Part shown: positions 37,753 to 47,090 of the stretch, one piece after another
Position numbering within the stretch: position 1 is the first letter of the stretch
Layout: the number at the start of each line of letters is the position of its first letter
DNA from: a virus
Length of the DNA: 64,000 nucleotides
Strand: one strand, 5' to 3'
IMG/VR virus record: IMGVR_UViG_3300021961_000025
Translations under genes and position numbers: made by a program
Notes under the pieces: generated by a model
What the model was told of the DNA's origin: nothing
The model's database searches: none
What the model saw: only the letters and a program-made list of their open reading frames with translations

Positions 37753-38208
37753 TTGTACAATACTGTTTCTGAAGATCATCCGTGGGGTATACTTTCGTAT
37801 AATCCCTCTTACAATCGACATCCTTACGAACGAATCTTCAAGCAATTAGAAGAACACGCTATACGCAACTATGGTGTACGTGATCAATTTAAACTTGCTG
37901 CAGGAGTTGTAAAGAAAAAGCAACTGATTACTATTGGCTATAATCAGTTAAAGTCCCATCCACTTCAGAGTCAGTTTGGTAAAAATTTCGATAGTGTTTT
38001 TCTCCATGCAGAAATAGACGCTATCCGTAAATCTTTACGACTACTAAATAGTAGTGAATTGTCAGACTGCGTTCTTTATGTTCTTAGGGTTAAGCGAGAT
38101 CCTAATGGTAATTGGATTCGAGGAATGTCAAAACCATGCGCAGGATGTTACAAAGCAATTAACAATTATGGTATAAAACGAGTTTATTATACCACAGATG
38201 GGGAATAA
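37753..38208 (+). CDS. Zn-dependent nucleotide/tRNA deaminase (start uncertain)
   Basis: IGYN, HAEIDA, LYV.R, SKPCAGC. Confidence 0.8.
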   Translation: MYNTVSEDHPWGILSYNPSYNRHPYERIFKQLEEHAIRNYGVRDQFKLAAGVVKKKQLITIGYNQLKSHPLQSQFGKNFDSVFLHAEIDAIRKSLRLLNSSELSDCVLYVLRVKRDPNGNWIRGMSKPCAGCYKAINNYGIKRVYYTTDGE

Positions 38209-38213
38209 ATTAA

Positions 38214-39059
38214 ATGTTTGTAGCAACACATCCAAGAGAAGTTTTTAACTACACAGATGAAACTGTGATAGCAAACTCGCATCCACCTTACGCAGTAAAA
38301 CTCAAAGTCCCTTTCTCACGTCCATTCACTGACGAAGATTTCATTTCAAAACTACCTATTCCAAAATATTGGTTTGATCCAAAGCACATCCCTGAAAAGA
38401 TGACTTTGATTGATTACCTTATTCATCCTATTAAAAAAGATTATAATGCAGATGTAGGTTACTGTAGCGAGGGTAACTATCGTCAAGGAACTAACTTGGG
38501 TACGGATATTATTCGTATGCCAATGGATAAAATTGTTTGGAAAAACAAATACGAATTTTGGTGGTCTTGTATTGATATTATTAATAACGAAAATAGTTCA
38601 GATCTTGTTCATCCACGATTTACAAAATGGTTAAATGAAAGAGATCTTATTCTATTAGGTTGGGATATTTTTATTACACCACCTAATATGTGGTTGCTTT
38701 ATCACAAAGACACCTACAACGAATGCTGCAAATTAAACTTCGTATATCATTTTAATATGGATGGTTACTCTTGTCAAAGTTATTTTGACGATAATGCTAA
38801 AGGAGATGGTATTGTTTCTGGAGATCCAGATGTAAAATATCGTATTCCACCAGAAGTAAAACCAAAGATGATACACGAACATAATCTATCAAACGATTTA
38901 ACGATGCCATCACTAACCAACATTGGTAAGTGGCATTGTGTATATAACTCTACATCTGGACCAAGAGTTTGCCTTAGCTATATGATTGGTAAAAAAAATG
39001 GTAGAGATATAACTTGGGATAAAGTATATCCACAAGTTGAAAAGGATGTAATTTGGTAA
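38214..39059 (+). CDS. Fe(II)/2OG-type (DSBH) oxygenase, array A member 1
   Basis: F.TPP..YHKD..KLNF..NIGKWHCVYN..R. Confidence 0.65.
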   Translation: MFVATHPREVFNYTDETVIANSHPPYAVKLKVPFSRPFTDEDFISKLPIPKYWFDPKHIPEKMTLIDYLIHPIKKDYNADVGYCSEGNYRQGTNLGTDIIRMPMDKIVWKNKYEFWWSCIDIINNENSSDLVHPRFTKWLNERDLILLGWDIFITPPNMWLLYHKDTYNECCKLNFVYHFNMDGYSCQSYFDDNAKGDGIVSGDPDVKYRIPPEVKPKMIHEHNLSNDLTMPSLTNIGKWHCVYNSTSGPRVCLSYMIGKKNGRDITWDKVYPQVEKDVIW

Positions 39060-39664
39060 TGACTTACATCAAGCAAGTAAAGTTTCCATTCAATATACCT
39101 TATGACGATCCTATGATGATCCAATCTTTTCGTGAAGAAGCAAAGAAAGAGATTAAAAAAAATCCATTAGTTCAAAACTATGGCATCGATTATGACGCCA
39201 GTGGAGTTAGTGAAACTGCTCGTGCTTTCTTTAATCAACAGGGGTATGATGTAGTTGGATGCGAATACTTTTACTTTGAGCCAAATTTTAAAATGGGTAT
39301 TCATATTGATGGCAGTAAGTATTGCTACAAAGCAAAATTTAATTGGGTACTTAACGATAACGTAACGCATATCTTTAAATTCTTCGAGCCAATAGTAGAA
39401 GGAAAATCGGATGCTCACAACGATGGCAATAGTCCGTATAGTCTACAGTTTGATGAAAAAATGGTTGTCGAAAAAGAAGCAAATGTAATTGGCAAACCAA
39501 GTTTATGTATGGTGGGAGTTCCACACCAAGTAATTAATGGACCAAAAGAATTAGAATTATTTAATGTCTGTGTTTGGAAAAAAGGTGTAAAGAGATCTCA
39601 TCCAGATTTAGGTGGTATGGATATGCAAGATGCATTAAAGGATTTCAGTAAATATGTTATATAA
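39059..39664 (+). CDS. DSBH oxygenase, array A member 2
   Basis: IHIDG..KFNW..VGVPHQVIN. Confidence 0.7.
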   Translation: MTYIKQVKFPFNIPYDDPMMIQSFREEAKKEIKKNPLVQNYGIDYDASGVSETARAFFNQQGYDVVGCEYFYFEPNFKMGIHIDGSKYCYKAKFNWVLNDNVTHIFKFFEPIVEGKSDAHNDGNSPYSLQFDEKMVVEKEANVIGKPSLCMVGVPHQVINGPKELELFNVCVWKKGVKRSHPDLGGMDMQDALKDFSKYVI

Positions 39665-40241
39665 AAGATTAAGACATCAAGAACACTTAGAACCAATTCC
39701 ACAACCATTAACACCTTTAGGTATGGCTTGGGCTAAAGACTATCCATTCGAAAAACAAACTAAAATATTTACTGAGAGGAATTTATTTAATCCTGAGTTT
39801 GAAGAATGGCTTTGGAAACATGGACAACTAAGAATTGCAGATATTGAATTGTTTTTAAATCCAGCTAATCACAGCATGCCTGTTCACATAGATGGTGAAA
39901 CAATTTGTGATGTCTGTAAAATAAACTTTGCATATTGCGATAGTCCTAGCTTTATGAAATGGTATAAACCTTTAGTTCCAGGAACTAGAGGAAACTTACC
40001 TTATGCAAATGGAAAACCAACCAACACTGTTGATATGTATTGGCAGTGGGATGGCGTAGAAGAATTAGAATCGGAAGAGATATCTATACATCTCGTGAAT
40101 GTAGGTGTTCCTCATAGTGTAACAACTACAGAAACTGAAAGGCGATGTTTATCTGTTAACCTAGATAAAATTATGCCTGATGGTACTGAAATTACTGAAG
40201 TGCCTTTTAGAATGGGTTTAGAATGTTTATCGCTCACTTAG
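39654..40241 (+). CDS. DSBH oxygenase, array A member 3
   Basis: VHIDG..KINF..NVGVPHSV..RR.LS. Confidence 0.7.
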   Translation: MLYKRLRHQEHLEPIPQPLTPLGMAWAKDYPFEKQTKIFTERNLFNPEFEEWLWKHGQLRIADIELFLNPANHSMPVHIDGETICDVCKINFAYCDSPSFMKWYKPLVPGTRGNLPYANGKPTNTVDMYWQWDGVEELESEEISIHLVNVGVPHSVTTTETERRCLSVNLDKIMPDGTEITEVPFRMGLECLSLT

Positions 40242-40789
40242 AAATACCACACAAACCATTTACTGAAGAGAACTGGCAACGTAGACTTCCATTGAAAGGA
40301 CACGTTCCTATTGATCAATCTTTGATTAATAAAGAAATGATTGATTGGTTTGAAATGAAAGGTATGTGGATTAAAAATGTGGATGTCTTTTGTAGTCCTC
40401 CAGGATTTAGATTACCTATTCACGTAGACGGAAAGAAAATTGATCATTGTTGCGCAATTAATTGGGCATATTGTGATGAGTTGGGTGCACTTATGGAGTG
40501 GTGGAAACCTAAATCAGATGTTATAAGAACAGTAACTCCAGGAACAGAAAAGACTGCATACAATATAACTACAACACCTTATGCATTTGCATGGTCAGAT
40601 GATGAGTGTGATAAAGTTTTTGAATCGGAAGTAAAGCAACCCTCTCTAGTTAATATTGGTCAACCACATGCTATGACCAATCATACAAACAGTCAGCGTT
40701 TTGCAATTAGTATTACTTTCCGTAATTTTAATGGAGTCGATATGCAATTTGAGGAAGCACATGCAAGATTACAACCACACCTACTTTAG
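40223..40789 (+). CDS. DSBH oxygenase, array A member 4
   Basis: IHVDG..AINW..NIGQPHAMTN..R..IS. Confidence 0.7.
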   Translation: MFIAHLEIPHKPFTEENWQRRLPLKGHVPIDQSLINKEMIDWFEMKGMWIKNVDVFCSPPGFRLPIHVDGKKIDHCCAINWAYCDELGALMEWWKPKSDVIRTVTPGTEKTAYNITTTPYAFAWSDDECDKVFESEVKQPSLVNIGQPHAMTNHTNSQRFAISITFRNFNGVDMQFEEAHARLQPHLL

Positions 40790-41345
40790 AAATTTAAAAT
40801 TAGACTTTGATCCTTTTAGTGACAAGTACGTTTTTCCAGAAAGCCAAACTCAGAAAGCTAAATACACAGACCATATCGACAATCGAGAACTTATTAATCC
40901 AAAGTTAATTGATTGGGCGACGAGTATTGGTTTAGGTGTTACAAGAATAGAGAGATTCAGTAGCAATCCAAACTATCGTATGTATATACATACTGATAAT
41001 CATGATTGGATTGACAATTTGGTTAAGATCATTTGGTGTTATTGTCCTACCAATGATCATCGTATGACTTGGTACACACTTAAAGACGAATCGTGGTACG
41101 AAGTTATTACAAACAATGATAGTGGTGGAACCATGATGTTTCCAGACTTTAATTGCGTTGAAGAGGTAAGCACTACAATAATGCCCAACTCTCCAATACT
41201 TGCAAATACTGGTCAACCACACAATATAGAAAACGGACAAAATTACAGGCATGTTGTATGTGCATGGTTTCATACTTTAAAAAATCCACAGATTGACTTG
41301 CAATGGGATCTTGCGGTAAAATGTATGAAAGAATTTATTATTTAA
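40761..41345 (+). CDS. DSBH oxygenase, array A member 5
   Basis: IHTD..KIIW..NTGQPHNIEN..R. Confidence 0.7.
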   Translation: MQDYNHTYFRNLKLDFDPFSDKYVFPESQTQKAKYTDHIDNRELINPKLIDWATSIGLGVTRIERFSSNPNYRMYIHTDNHDWIDNLVKIIWCYCPTNDHRMTWYTLKDESWYEVITNNDSGGTMMFPDFNCVEEVSTTIMPNSPILANTGQPHNIENGQNYRHVVCAWFHTLKNPQIDLQWDLAVKCMKEFII

Positions 41346-41355
41346 AGAGCAAATT

Positions 41356-42531
41356 ATGAAAAAATGTTATGTTGTTGGTTATGGGATGATTGATTCCTTA
41401 GGAAATAATCCAGTGGATTGTTTCGCTAAAATGCTTGATCCTATCGACTACTCGTCGGAACTACCAAGACTAAAAGAAGAAAATTTTCCAGTTTATCGTG
41501 GAGCGATTTTTGATCCAGAAACGATAGTTATGCCTGAGGACTTTGATCCAAAAATGGCGAGGACTTTGACTAACGCACAAAAGATGATGTTGCATGCTAC
41601 TGATCAAGCACTAGCAATGTCACGATTACCTCATCACTATGATGTAGCTGTGCTTATGTCGTCAGTTTCTAATGATACAGAATTCTTAGAGCAAAATTAT
41701 AATGCGATTAAGGATAACAGAAGAGTAAACCCAAGACAGTCTGCGAATCGAATTCCAGACATGGGATGTTCACACATAACATCACATTATCAATTCATGG
41801 GTTTATCGACCGCAGTATTTGCTAGTTGTGCAACTGGTTTGGTCGGTATCGATTATGCAATGCGTCTCGTAGATGAATACGAGTATGTTGTTGTAGGTGG
41901 TGCCGATGCTGGTTGCTTTCCGATGGCTATCAAATACTTTAACACTATGGGAGCAGTTGCCAATCATAGTATGCCTTTCGATGATAATCGTAAGGGATTT
42001 CTAATGGGAGATGGCTGTGGGGTTATGATTTTACAATCGGAGAAAAATGTAAAGAAATATGGTAGCACTGTCCATGCGACACTTTATCCAACTGGATGTG
42101 CTAGTGATGCTATGGATATGACGAGTCCTGCGAACGATGGTCGTGGTGCTAGAATCTCTATGGCAAAAGCAATGGAACACGTAGACAAAGTAGATTATGT
42201 ATGTGCGCATGCGACATCTACTTTTGTTGGCGATCCCATTGAATATGAAACTGTAGTTAGCTTTGTGGGTGATACTCCTATTTGGGCACCAAAGTCTAAG
42301 ATCGGACACACACTTGCTGCTGCTGGAATACTTGAGGGAATCTATTCCATTCTTGCGATGCAACATGGTATTGTACCTCATATTCAAAACCTCACAAATG
42401 CCTCTCTCGACACAAAGGACTTGCTCGTACGAGAGAATCAAACAAACTCGAACAAATGCTTGAGAACGCTTAACAATTCTTTTGGCTTTGGAGGTAAATG
42501 CGTTTCTCAGGTAATTGAGGTAAACAAATGA
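41356..42531 (+). CDS. fabF: Beta-ketoacyl-ACP synthase (FabF/FabB type)
   Basis: ASCATG (Cys), PFD..R.GF.MG.G, HATST, KSKIGH, NSFGFGG. Confidence 0.92.
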   Translation: MKKCYVVGYGMIDSLGNNPVDCFAKMLDPIDYSSELPRLKEENFPVYRGAIFDPETIVMPEDFDPKMARTLTNAQKMMLHATDQALAMSRLPHHYDVAVLMSSVSNDTEFLEQNYNAIKDNRRVNPRQSANRIPDMGCSHITSHYQFMGLSTAVFASCATGLVGIDYAMRLVDEYEYVVVGGADAGCFPMAIKYFNTMGAVANHSMPFDDNRKGFLMGDGCGVMILQSEKNVKKYGSTVHATLYPTGCASDAMDMTSPANDGRGARISMAKAMEHVDKVDYVCAHATSTFVGDPIEYETVVSFVGDTPIWAPKSKIGHTLAAAGILEGIYSILAMQHGIVPHIQNLTNASLDTKDLLVRENQTNSNKCLRTLNNSFGFGGKCVSQVIEVNK

Positions 42532-42878
42532 GTTGGGGATATCACCTAATCATTGATTGTAAGGCATGCGAAAAAAACTTTAAAGAACCAGATATTATGA
42601 AAAAATTTGTCGCAACATTACTAGAAAAAATAAAAATGAATGCTTGGGGTGAGTGTCAAGTTGAACACTTCGCAGAAAAACCAGAGATTGCTGGTTGGAC
42701 TGTTATTCAACCATTGACGACAAGCACATTAACAATGCATTTCTTGGATAATTCAGGAGATCTATACTTTGATCTTTTCAGTTGTAAGAAATTTGATATT
42801 CAAGAAGTCGTGGATCACTTAGCTGAGTATTTTGCTCCAGTTAATATTCGTCCATTCTATCTTGAAAGGAGTGCCTAA
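42528..42878 (+). CDS. speD: S-adenosylmethionine decarboxylase-like pyruvoyl enzyme
   Basis: GYHLIID, G.T..Q.LTTS.L.MH, Y.DLFSCK.FD. Confidence 0.75.
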   Translation: MSWGYHLIIDCKACEKNFKEPDIMKKFVATLLEKIKMNAWGECQVEHFAEKPEIAGWTVIQPLTTSTLTMHFLDNSGDLYFDLFSCKKFDIQEVVDHLAEYFAPVNIRPFYLERSA

Positions 42879-42880
42879 TT

Positions 42881-43351
42881 TTGCTAACACCAAAAGAAGC
42901 ACTAATGAGGTGGCTTAATAGAATCCAGATACCTCAAGAAAAGTTATCTGGATTTGCCATCTGTCCATTTAGTAAACAGATTCGTGGAGAACCTGCAATG
43001 ATCTCTACATTAGTAGAAGATATTGTTCCACCAAAAGTAAGCGAAATTAAAAAGATTCTAGTTTATCATATTCTTGATGAGGATATTACTATTGAAGAAC
43101 TAGAGAATGAAGTGTTTATATTGAATTCTAAATATAAACCAGAGTTACTATTTTTAGGCGATCATATGGATCGTGATACATATATTAATGGTGTTCAAAC
43201 TAATAATGGACATTATAACTTTATACTGTGCCAACCACTAGATGATTTGAGAAGTGCAAGAAAAGTACTTGCTAAAACTCCATATTACTCTTACTGGGAT
43301 GACGAGTATTTAAAAGAAATCTTAGGAGAAGATTATGGCAGTTTGGACTGA
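42881..43351 (+). CDS. DUF1415-like protein
   Basis: W...I..G..CPF, DH, L..AR..L..T.YY..W. Confidence 0.55.
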   Translation: MLTPKEALMRWLNRIQIPQEKLSGFAICPFSKQIRGEPAMISTLVEDIVPPKVSEIKKILVYHILDEDITIEELENEVFILNSKYKPELLFLGDHMDRDTYINGVQTNNGHYNFILCQPLDDLRSARKVLAKTPYYSYWDDEYLKEILGEDYGSLD

Positions 43352-44423
43352 TTACGACCCACTAAAAGAAATTATTGTTGGTAGTTGCCCAACAGCAGAA
43401 TACTTCAAAGCATTCCTACCTGATGATGTAATTGCTGCACTTACACCAATCCTTAAAGAAACCAAAGAAGATCTAGATAATATGCAACGAGTGTTTGAAT
43501 CACTCGGTGTTAAAGTATATCGTCCTAAGATTTTACCATTTCAACAGAATTTAAAACTTCCTGGATTCTCAATTAAAAATGCTATTGCACCTATTGTTCC
43601 TCGTGATCAATACTTGGTGTATGGTGATACTATTATCCAATCATATACTTCAATGCCAGATCGTTGGCTTGAGGGATTATGTTTCTATGATATCTTCAAC
43701 GAAAAGTTTGACGAAGGATATAATTGGATAAGTGTACCACCACCTGTTATTAAAAACTTCCCTTCAAATACTTCTTGGTTTACTCATGGTGGCGATCGTT
43801 ATAAGATCGAAATGAAAGATAAACTACTCTGGCATGCAGCAACAATGTTTAAAATTGGCGACAGTTTAATTGTCAATAATCAAGGTCCAGGAACTCAAAA
43901 AGGATATGAGTGGTTTAAACGTCAGTTACCTCAAACCAAATTTGTAGATAACATTAAGAAACCACATCGTGGATGGGGACATATTGATCAATACTTCTTT
44001 TTAGTTAATGATACTACTTGTTTCTGTACTGATGAGAATTATGTTCCAGAAGCAATTAGACAAAATCCAAATATCAAAGTCCATTCATTTGGGCATTTGA
44101 TTAAAGATGTTGATCTTAACTCTTACGATGATAATCTAGTTGCAAGCGATGGTAAATTTACCAAAGGCTGGATTGATGAATGGGTTGGTGAATGGAGAGG
44201 GTTTGCACAAGACGTTGCTTTTGATAGTAACGTTGTTGTAGTAGATGAAAAGAATATCGTTATAAGTAACGAACAGCCAAAACTACAAGAGTGGTTATTA
44301 AAGAATCACGGAGTAACTGCTCACGTTGCAAAACAGAGACAAGGTGGTTTCTGGGATGGTGGCGTTCATTGTTTAACGCTAGATATTAAGCGTGATGGAG
44401 TATCAAGAAATGTCTTGGGTTAA
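43335..44423 (+). CDS. Amidinotransferase (Arg:glycine/inosamine amidinotransferase family)
   Basis: W...DPLKEIIVG, PRD, GHID, GGVHCLTLD..R. Confidence 0.85.
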   Translation: MAVWTDYDPLKEIIVGSCPTAEYFKAFLPDDVIAALTPILKETKEDLDNMQRVFESLGVKVYRPKILPFQQNLKLPGFSIKNAIAPIVPRDQYLVYGDTIIQSYTSMPDRWLEGLCFYDIFNEKFDEGYNWISVPPPVIKNFPSNTSWFTHGGDRYKIEMKDKLLWHAATMFKIGDSLIVNNQGPGTQKGYEWFKRQLPQTKFVDNIKKPHRGWGHIDQYFFLVNDTTCFCTDENYVPEAIRQNPNIKVHSFGHLIKDVDLNSYDDNLVASDGKFTKGWIDEWVGEWRGFAQDVAFDSNVVVVDEKNIVISNEQPKLQEWLLKNHGVTAHVAKQRQGGFWDGGVHCLTLDIKRDGVSRNVLG

Positions 44424-45021
44424 CGCTAAAACCTATACACATTATGCAGATTTAGAAAAAGCAATTCCTATTGTTGTAGAAGAAACACAACAATGGATGA
44501 AGCATAATCACGATATTGTTGGTGTTACGGTAAATACCTTTGGAGTAAATAGTAAAGAAGATTTAACCGAAGTCCCTGTTACACCAGAAGAGTATAAGCA
44601 TATGGATGACTGGAGAGTTTTACCTATGCTTTATGCGAAAGAGTGGAATCGACATGTATTTCCAAAGTCGCACTTTTTGCTTGCTCCACTTCCAGGACTG
44701 TATCAAGCATTAGTAAATTTTGTTGTTCCTGGAGGAAGGATTGCGAAACATCGTGACACAGGAAACTGGGACAGGATTGAAGAACACTATGGGATTCGTA
44801 TTGATGGTTATAGTGTGGTACTTAATCTTAACATCGCTATGAGTGATAAGAAAGAAAAAACAGTAGGTATGGAAGTTGGTGGATTTGAAAAGTATCCACT
44901 AACTGGAGAGATCGTCGCATTTGATGGTCGTTCAACAGCACATAGTATGTGGAATTTAACAGATCAATGGCGAGTTACTGCTGTACTTGACTTTGATAAG
45001 AGGTATTTCAATGTGGATTAA
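44410..45021 (+). CDS. Asp/Asn beta-hydroxylase-like oxygenase, array B member 1
   Basis: LPGL..VNF..PGG.I..HRD..FDG...HSMWN.T..WRV. Confidence 0.75.
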   Translation: MSWVNAKTYTHYADLEKAIPIVVEETQQWMKHNHDIVGVTVNTFGVNSKEDLTEVPVTPEEYKHMDDWRVLPMLYAKEWNRHVFPKSHFLLAPLPGLYQALVNFVVPGGRIAKHRDTGNWDRIEEHYGIRIDGYSVVLNLNIAMSDKKEKTVGMEVGGFEKYPLTGEIVAFDGRSTAHSMWNLTDQWRVTAVLDFDKRYFNVD

Positions 45022-45724
45022 TGTAAAGAAGTATAAACACTACGACAAGTTATTGGAGATTATTCCATTAGCACAACAAGACTTTGCTAATTGGAAAGAC
45101 AAATACAAATACGAAGATCGTATGCAGGTATTAAAGTTTGAACATCCAGATGTTTATCCTGAATTAAAAGGAACATCTACAAGCAGTGATCTTTATCACC
45201 GACCAGAAAGTATTCCAGATCGACCAAATCCAAAAGAGAATTGGTTCTGCGATCCTTGCAGTACAGACACTGGTAAGAAGATTGGTCCAGCATTTCAAGA
45301 CTGGAAACTATCAGCACCTAAAATTTTAGAACTTCCAGGATTTGTTCAACACCTTGTTAACTTTGTTAAGCCACATAGTAGCTTACCACCACACGATGAC
45401 TTGGGTGGATGGGTAAGACTATCAAAAGATACTGGAAGAGAATTAAATGGATTTAGTGTAGTATTAGGACTAGATACAGTAAAGAATAAAGACCAAATGG
45501 GTATTATGTTTAATAACGTTTGGACTGGCAATAAAGATCCACGTGCATGGGGTATTGGCGAGTGGGTTGCATTTGAGGGTAAAACTCATTTTCACGATGT
45601 GTTTAATAGAACAGATCAATGGCGAGTTACTGTCGTTGTAGATATTGAATACGATCAGTTTGATTTAAGTGATGAAGAGTTAGACTATTTACAAAATCGT
45701 TGGAGAACTTATAAACCTGTATGA
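45011..45724 (+). CDS. Asp/Asn beta-hydroxylase-like oxygenase, array B member 2
   Basis: VNFVKP..LPPHDD..FEG..HFHDVFN.T..WRV. Confidence 0.75.
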   Translation: MWINVKKYKHYDKLLEIIPLAQQDFANWKDKYKYEDRMQVLKFEHPDVYPELKGTSTSSDLYHRPESIPDRPNPKENWFCDPCSTDTGKKIGPAFQDWKLSAPKILELPGFVQHLVNFVKPHSSLPPHDDLGGWVRLSKDTGRELNGFSVVLGLDTVKNKDQMGIMFNNVWTGNKDPRAWGIGEWVAFEGKTHFHDVFNRTDQWRVTVVVDIEYDQFDLSDEELDYLQNRWRTYKPV

Positions 45725-45894
45725 AAAAAACAATAATAAAAATATTAGATGTAACTAAAGATATACTAGAGTGGTGGATTTACTGGGTGTTTTATGTAGT
45801 AGCTGTTCCACTTTTCTTCGGTGGACTAGCTGTAATATGGACGATAGATCAAGCGATGGAATTAATAAAGAAAATTTATAAACGTTATAGGTAG
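45721..45894 (+). CDS. Small membrane protein (not in ORF track)
   Basis: ATGA-coupled, 57 aa, one TM. Confidence 0.45.
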   Translation: MKKTIIKILDVTKDILEWWIYWVFYVVAVPLFFGGLAVIWTIDQAMELIKKIYKRYR

Positions 45895-45897
45895 AAA

Positions 45898-46482
45898 ATG
45901 TGGAGAAATTATAAAGATTATAAACACCATGGATTGCTTAGAGAAGTACATCAAGCAATGCATGCAGATTATCTAGATTGGATAAAAACTCATGATATTA
46001 GAAACAGTACTGTTAATGTGTTTAAGTATGAGTATCCTGAAGCAAAGCATCAATACGCAGACTCTTGGTGGGCGATACCTATTGCGCAGGGTGGTAAACT
46101 CGAACCCAATGACTGGAAAAGAACATCACCACTTGTAGAAAAACTTCCTGGATTACTACAGTGTGTTATTAATTTTATTGAACCACAAGGTGGACTACCA
46201 ATGCATAAAGACATGGGTAGTTGGCATCGTATTGAACAGGCTATCGGACGCAGAGTAACAGGATGGACGATTGGTATTGGTATCGATATGCCTAGTGAAT
46301 CACATAGAGAATTAGCAATTAAATTTCTTGAAGATGATATTGGAACATGCTATAAAAACGGAGAGTTCGTTTGTTTCGATGGACGTAATCATCTACACGA
46401 AGTTTGGAATAAAACAGACAAATGGCGAGTCAGTGCAGTAATTGATCTCGATGATAAGGAGTTTCGAAATGTGGTTGGGTGA
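45898..46482 (+). CDS. Asp/Asn beta-hydroxylase-like oxygenase, array B member 3
   Basis: INFIEP..LPMHKD..FDGR..HEVWNKT..WRV. Confidence 0.75.
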   Translation: MWRNYKDYKHHGLLREVHQAMHADYLDWIKTHDIRNSTVNVFKYEYPEAKHQYADSWWAIPIAQGGKLEPNDWKRTSPLVEKLPGLLQCVINFIEPQGGLPMHKDMGSWHRIEQAIGRRVTGWTIGIGIDMPSESHRELAIKFLEDDIGTCYKNGEFVCFDGRNHLHEVWNKTDKWRVSAVIDLDDKEFRNVVG

Positions 46483-47050
46483 TCCAATTCAATATAAGCA
46501 TTACACCAAATTACAAGATTTGATGACTGCGATGATGCAAGATCATCTTGAATGGAAAGAAAAATATACCATTGAGGAAAAATGCATTGACGCTGGATTG
46601 CGTTATAAAATGCCTGCAGAAAACACTGGTGGCTTTATGGCACTACCAGTAATTGACGCAAGAGAAATTAAAATGCCATGGGCAGAGGGATGGGATCGAA
46701 CTATGACTGCTGCCTTTGATTGTCCTGGAATGATTGATATGTGTATTAACTTCATTCGTCCAGGAATGATGTTACCTGTCCATCACGATGGGTATGTATG
46801 GGATTGGATTCGTAAATCGATGAACAATCCGAAATTATCTGGGTATACCATTTCTTTTGGTATTTCAATTCCTGAACCCAGTAAACAAGCACTAATCTTT
46901 GACGAAGAAAAACGTATTTGGAGTACTGGAGAGTTTCGTGCATTTAATGGGCACGACGTTCAACATCAACTTACAAATCGTTCGAAAGAACACTGGCGTG
47001 TAACTGCAGTGATGGAAGTCGAAGAAAAATATTTTGATCTGCAAGAGTAG
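46469..47050 (+). CDS. Asp/Asn beta-hydroxylase-like oxygenase, array B member 4
   Basis: INFIRPG..LPVHHD..FNG...HQLTN...WRV. Confidence 0.75.
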   Translation: MWLGDPIQYKHYTKLQDLMTAMMQDHLEWKEKYTIEEKCIDAGLRYKMPAENTGGFMALPVIDAREIKMPWAEGWDRTMTAAFDCPGMIDMCINFIRPGMMLPVHHDGYVWDWIRKSMNNPKLSGYTISFGISIPEPSKQALIFDEEKRIWSTGEFRAFNGHDVQHQLTNRSKEHWRVTAVMEVEEKYFDLQE

Positions 47051-47090
47051 CAAAACGTATAATCATACTAAATAATTTTATAGGAGTTTT

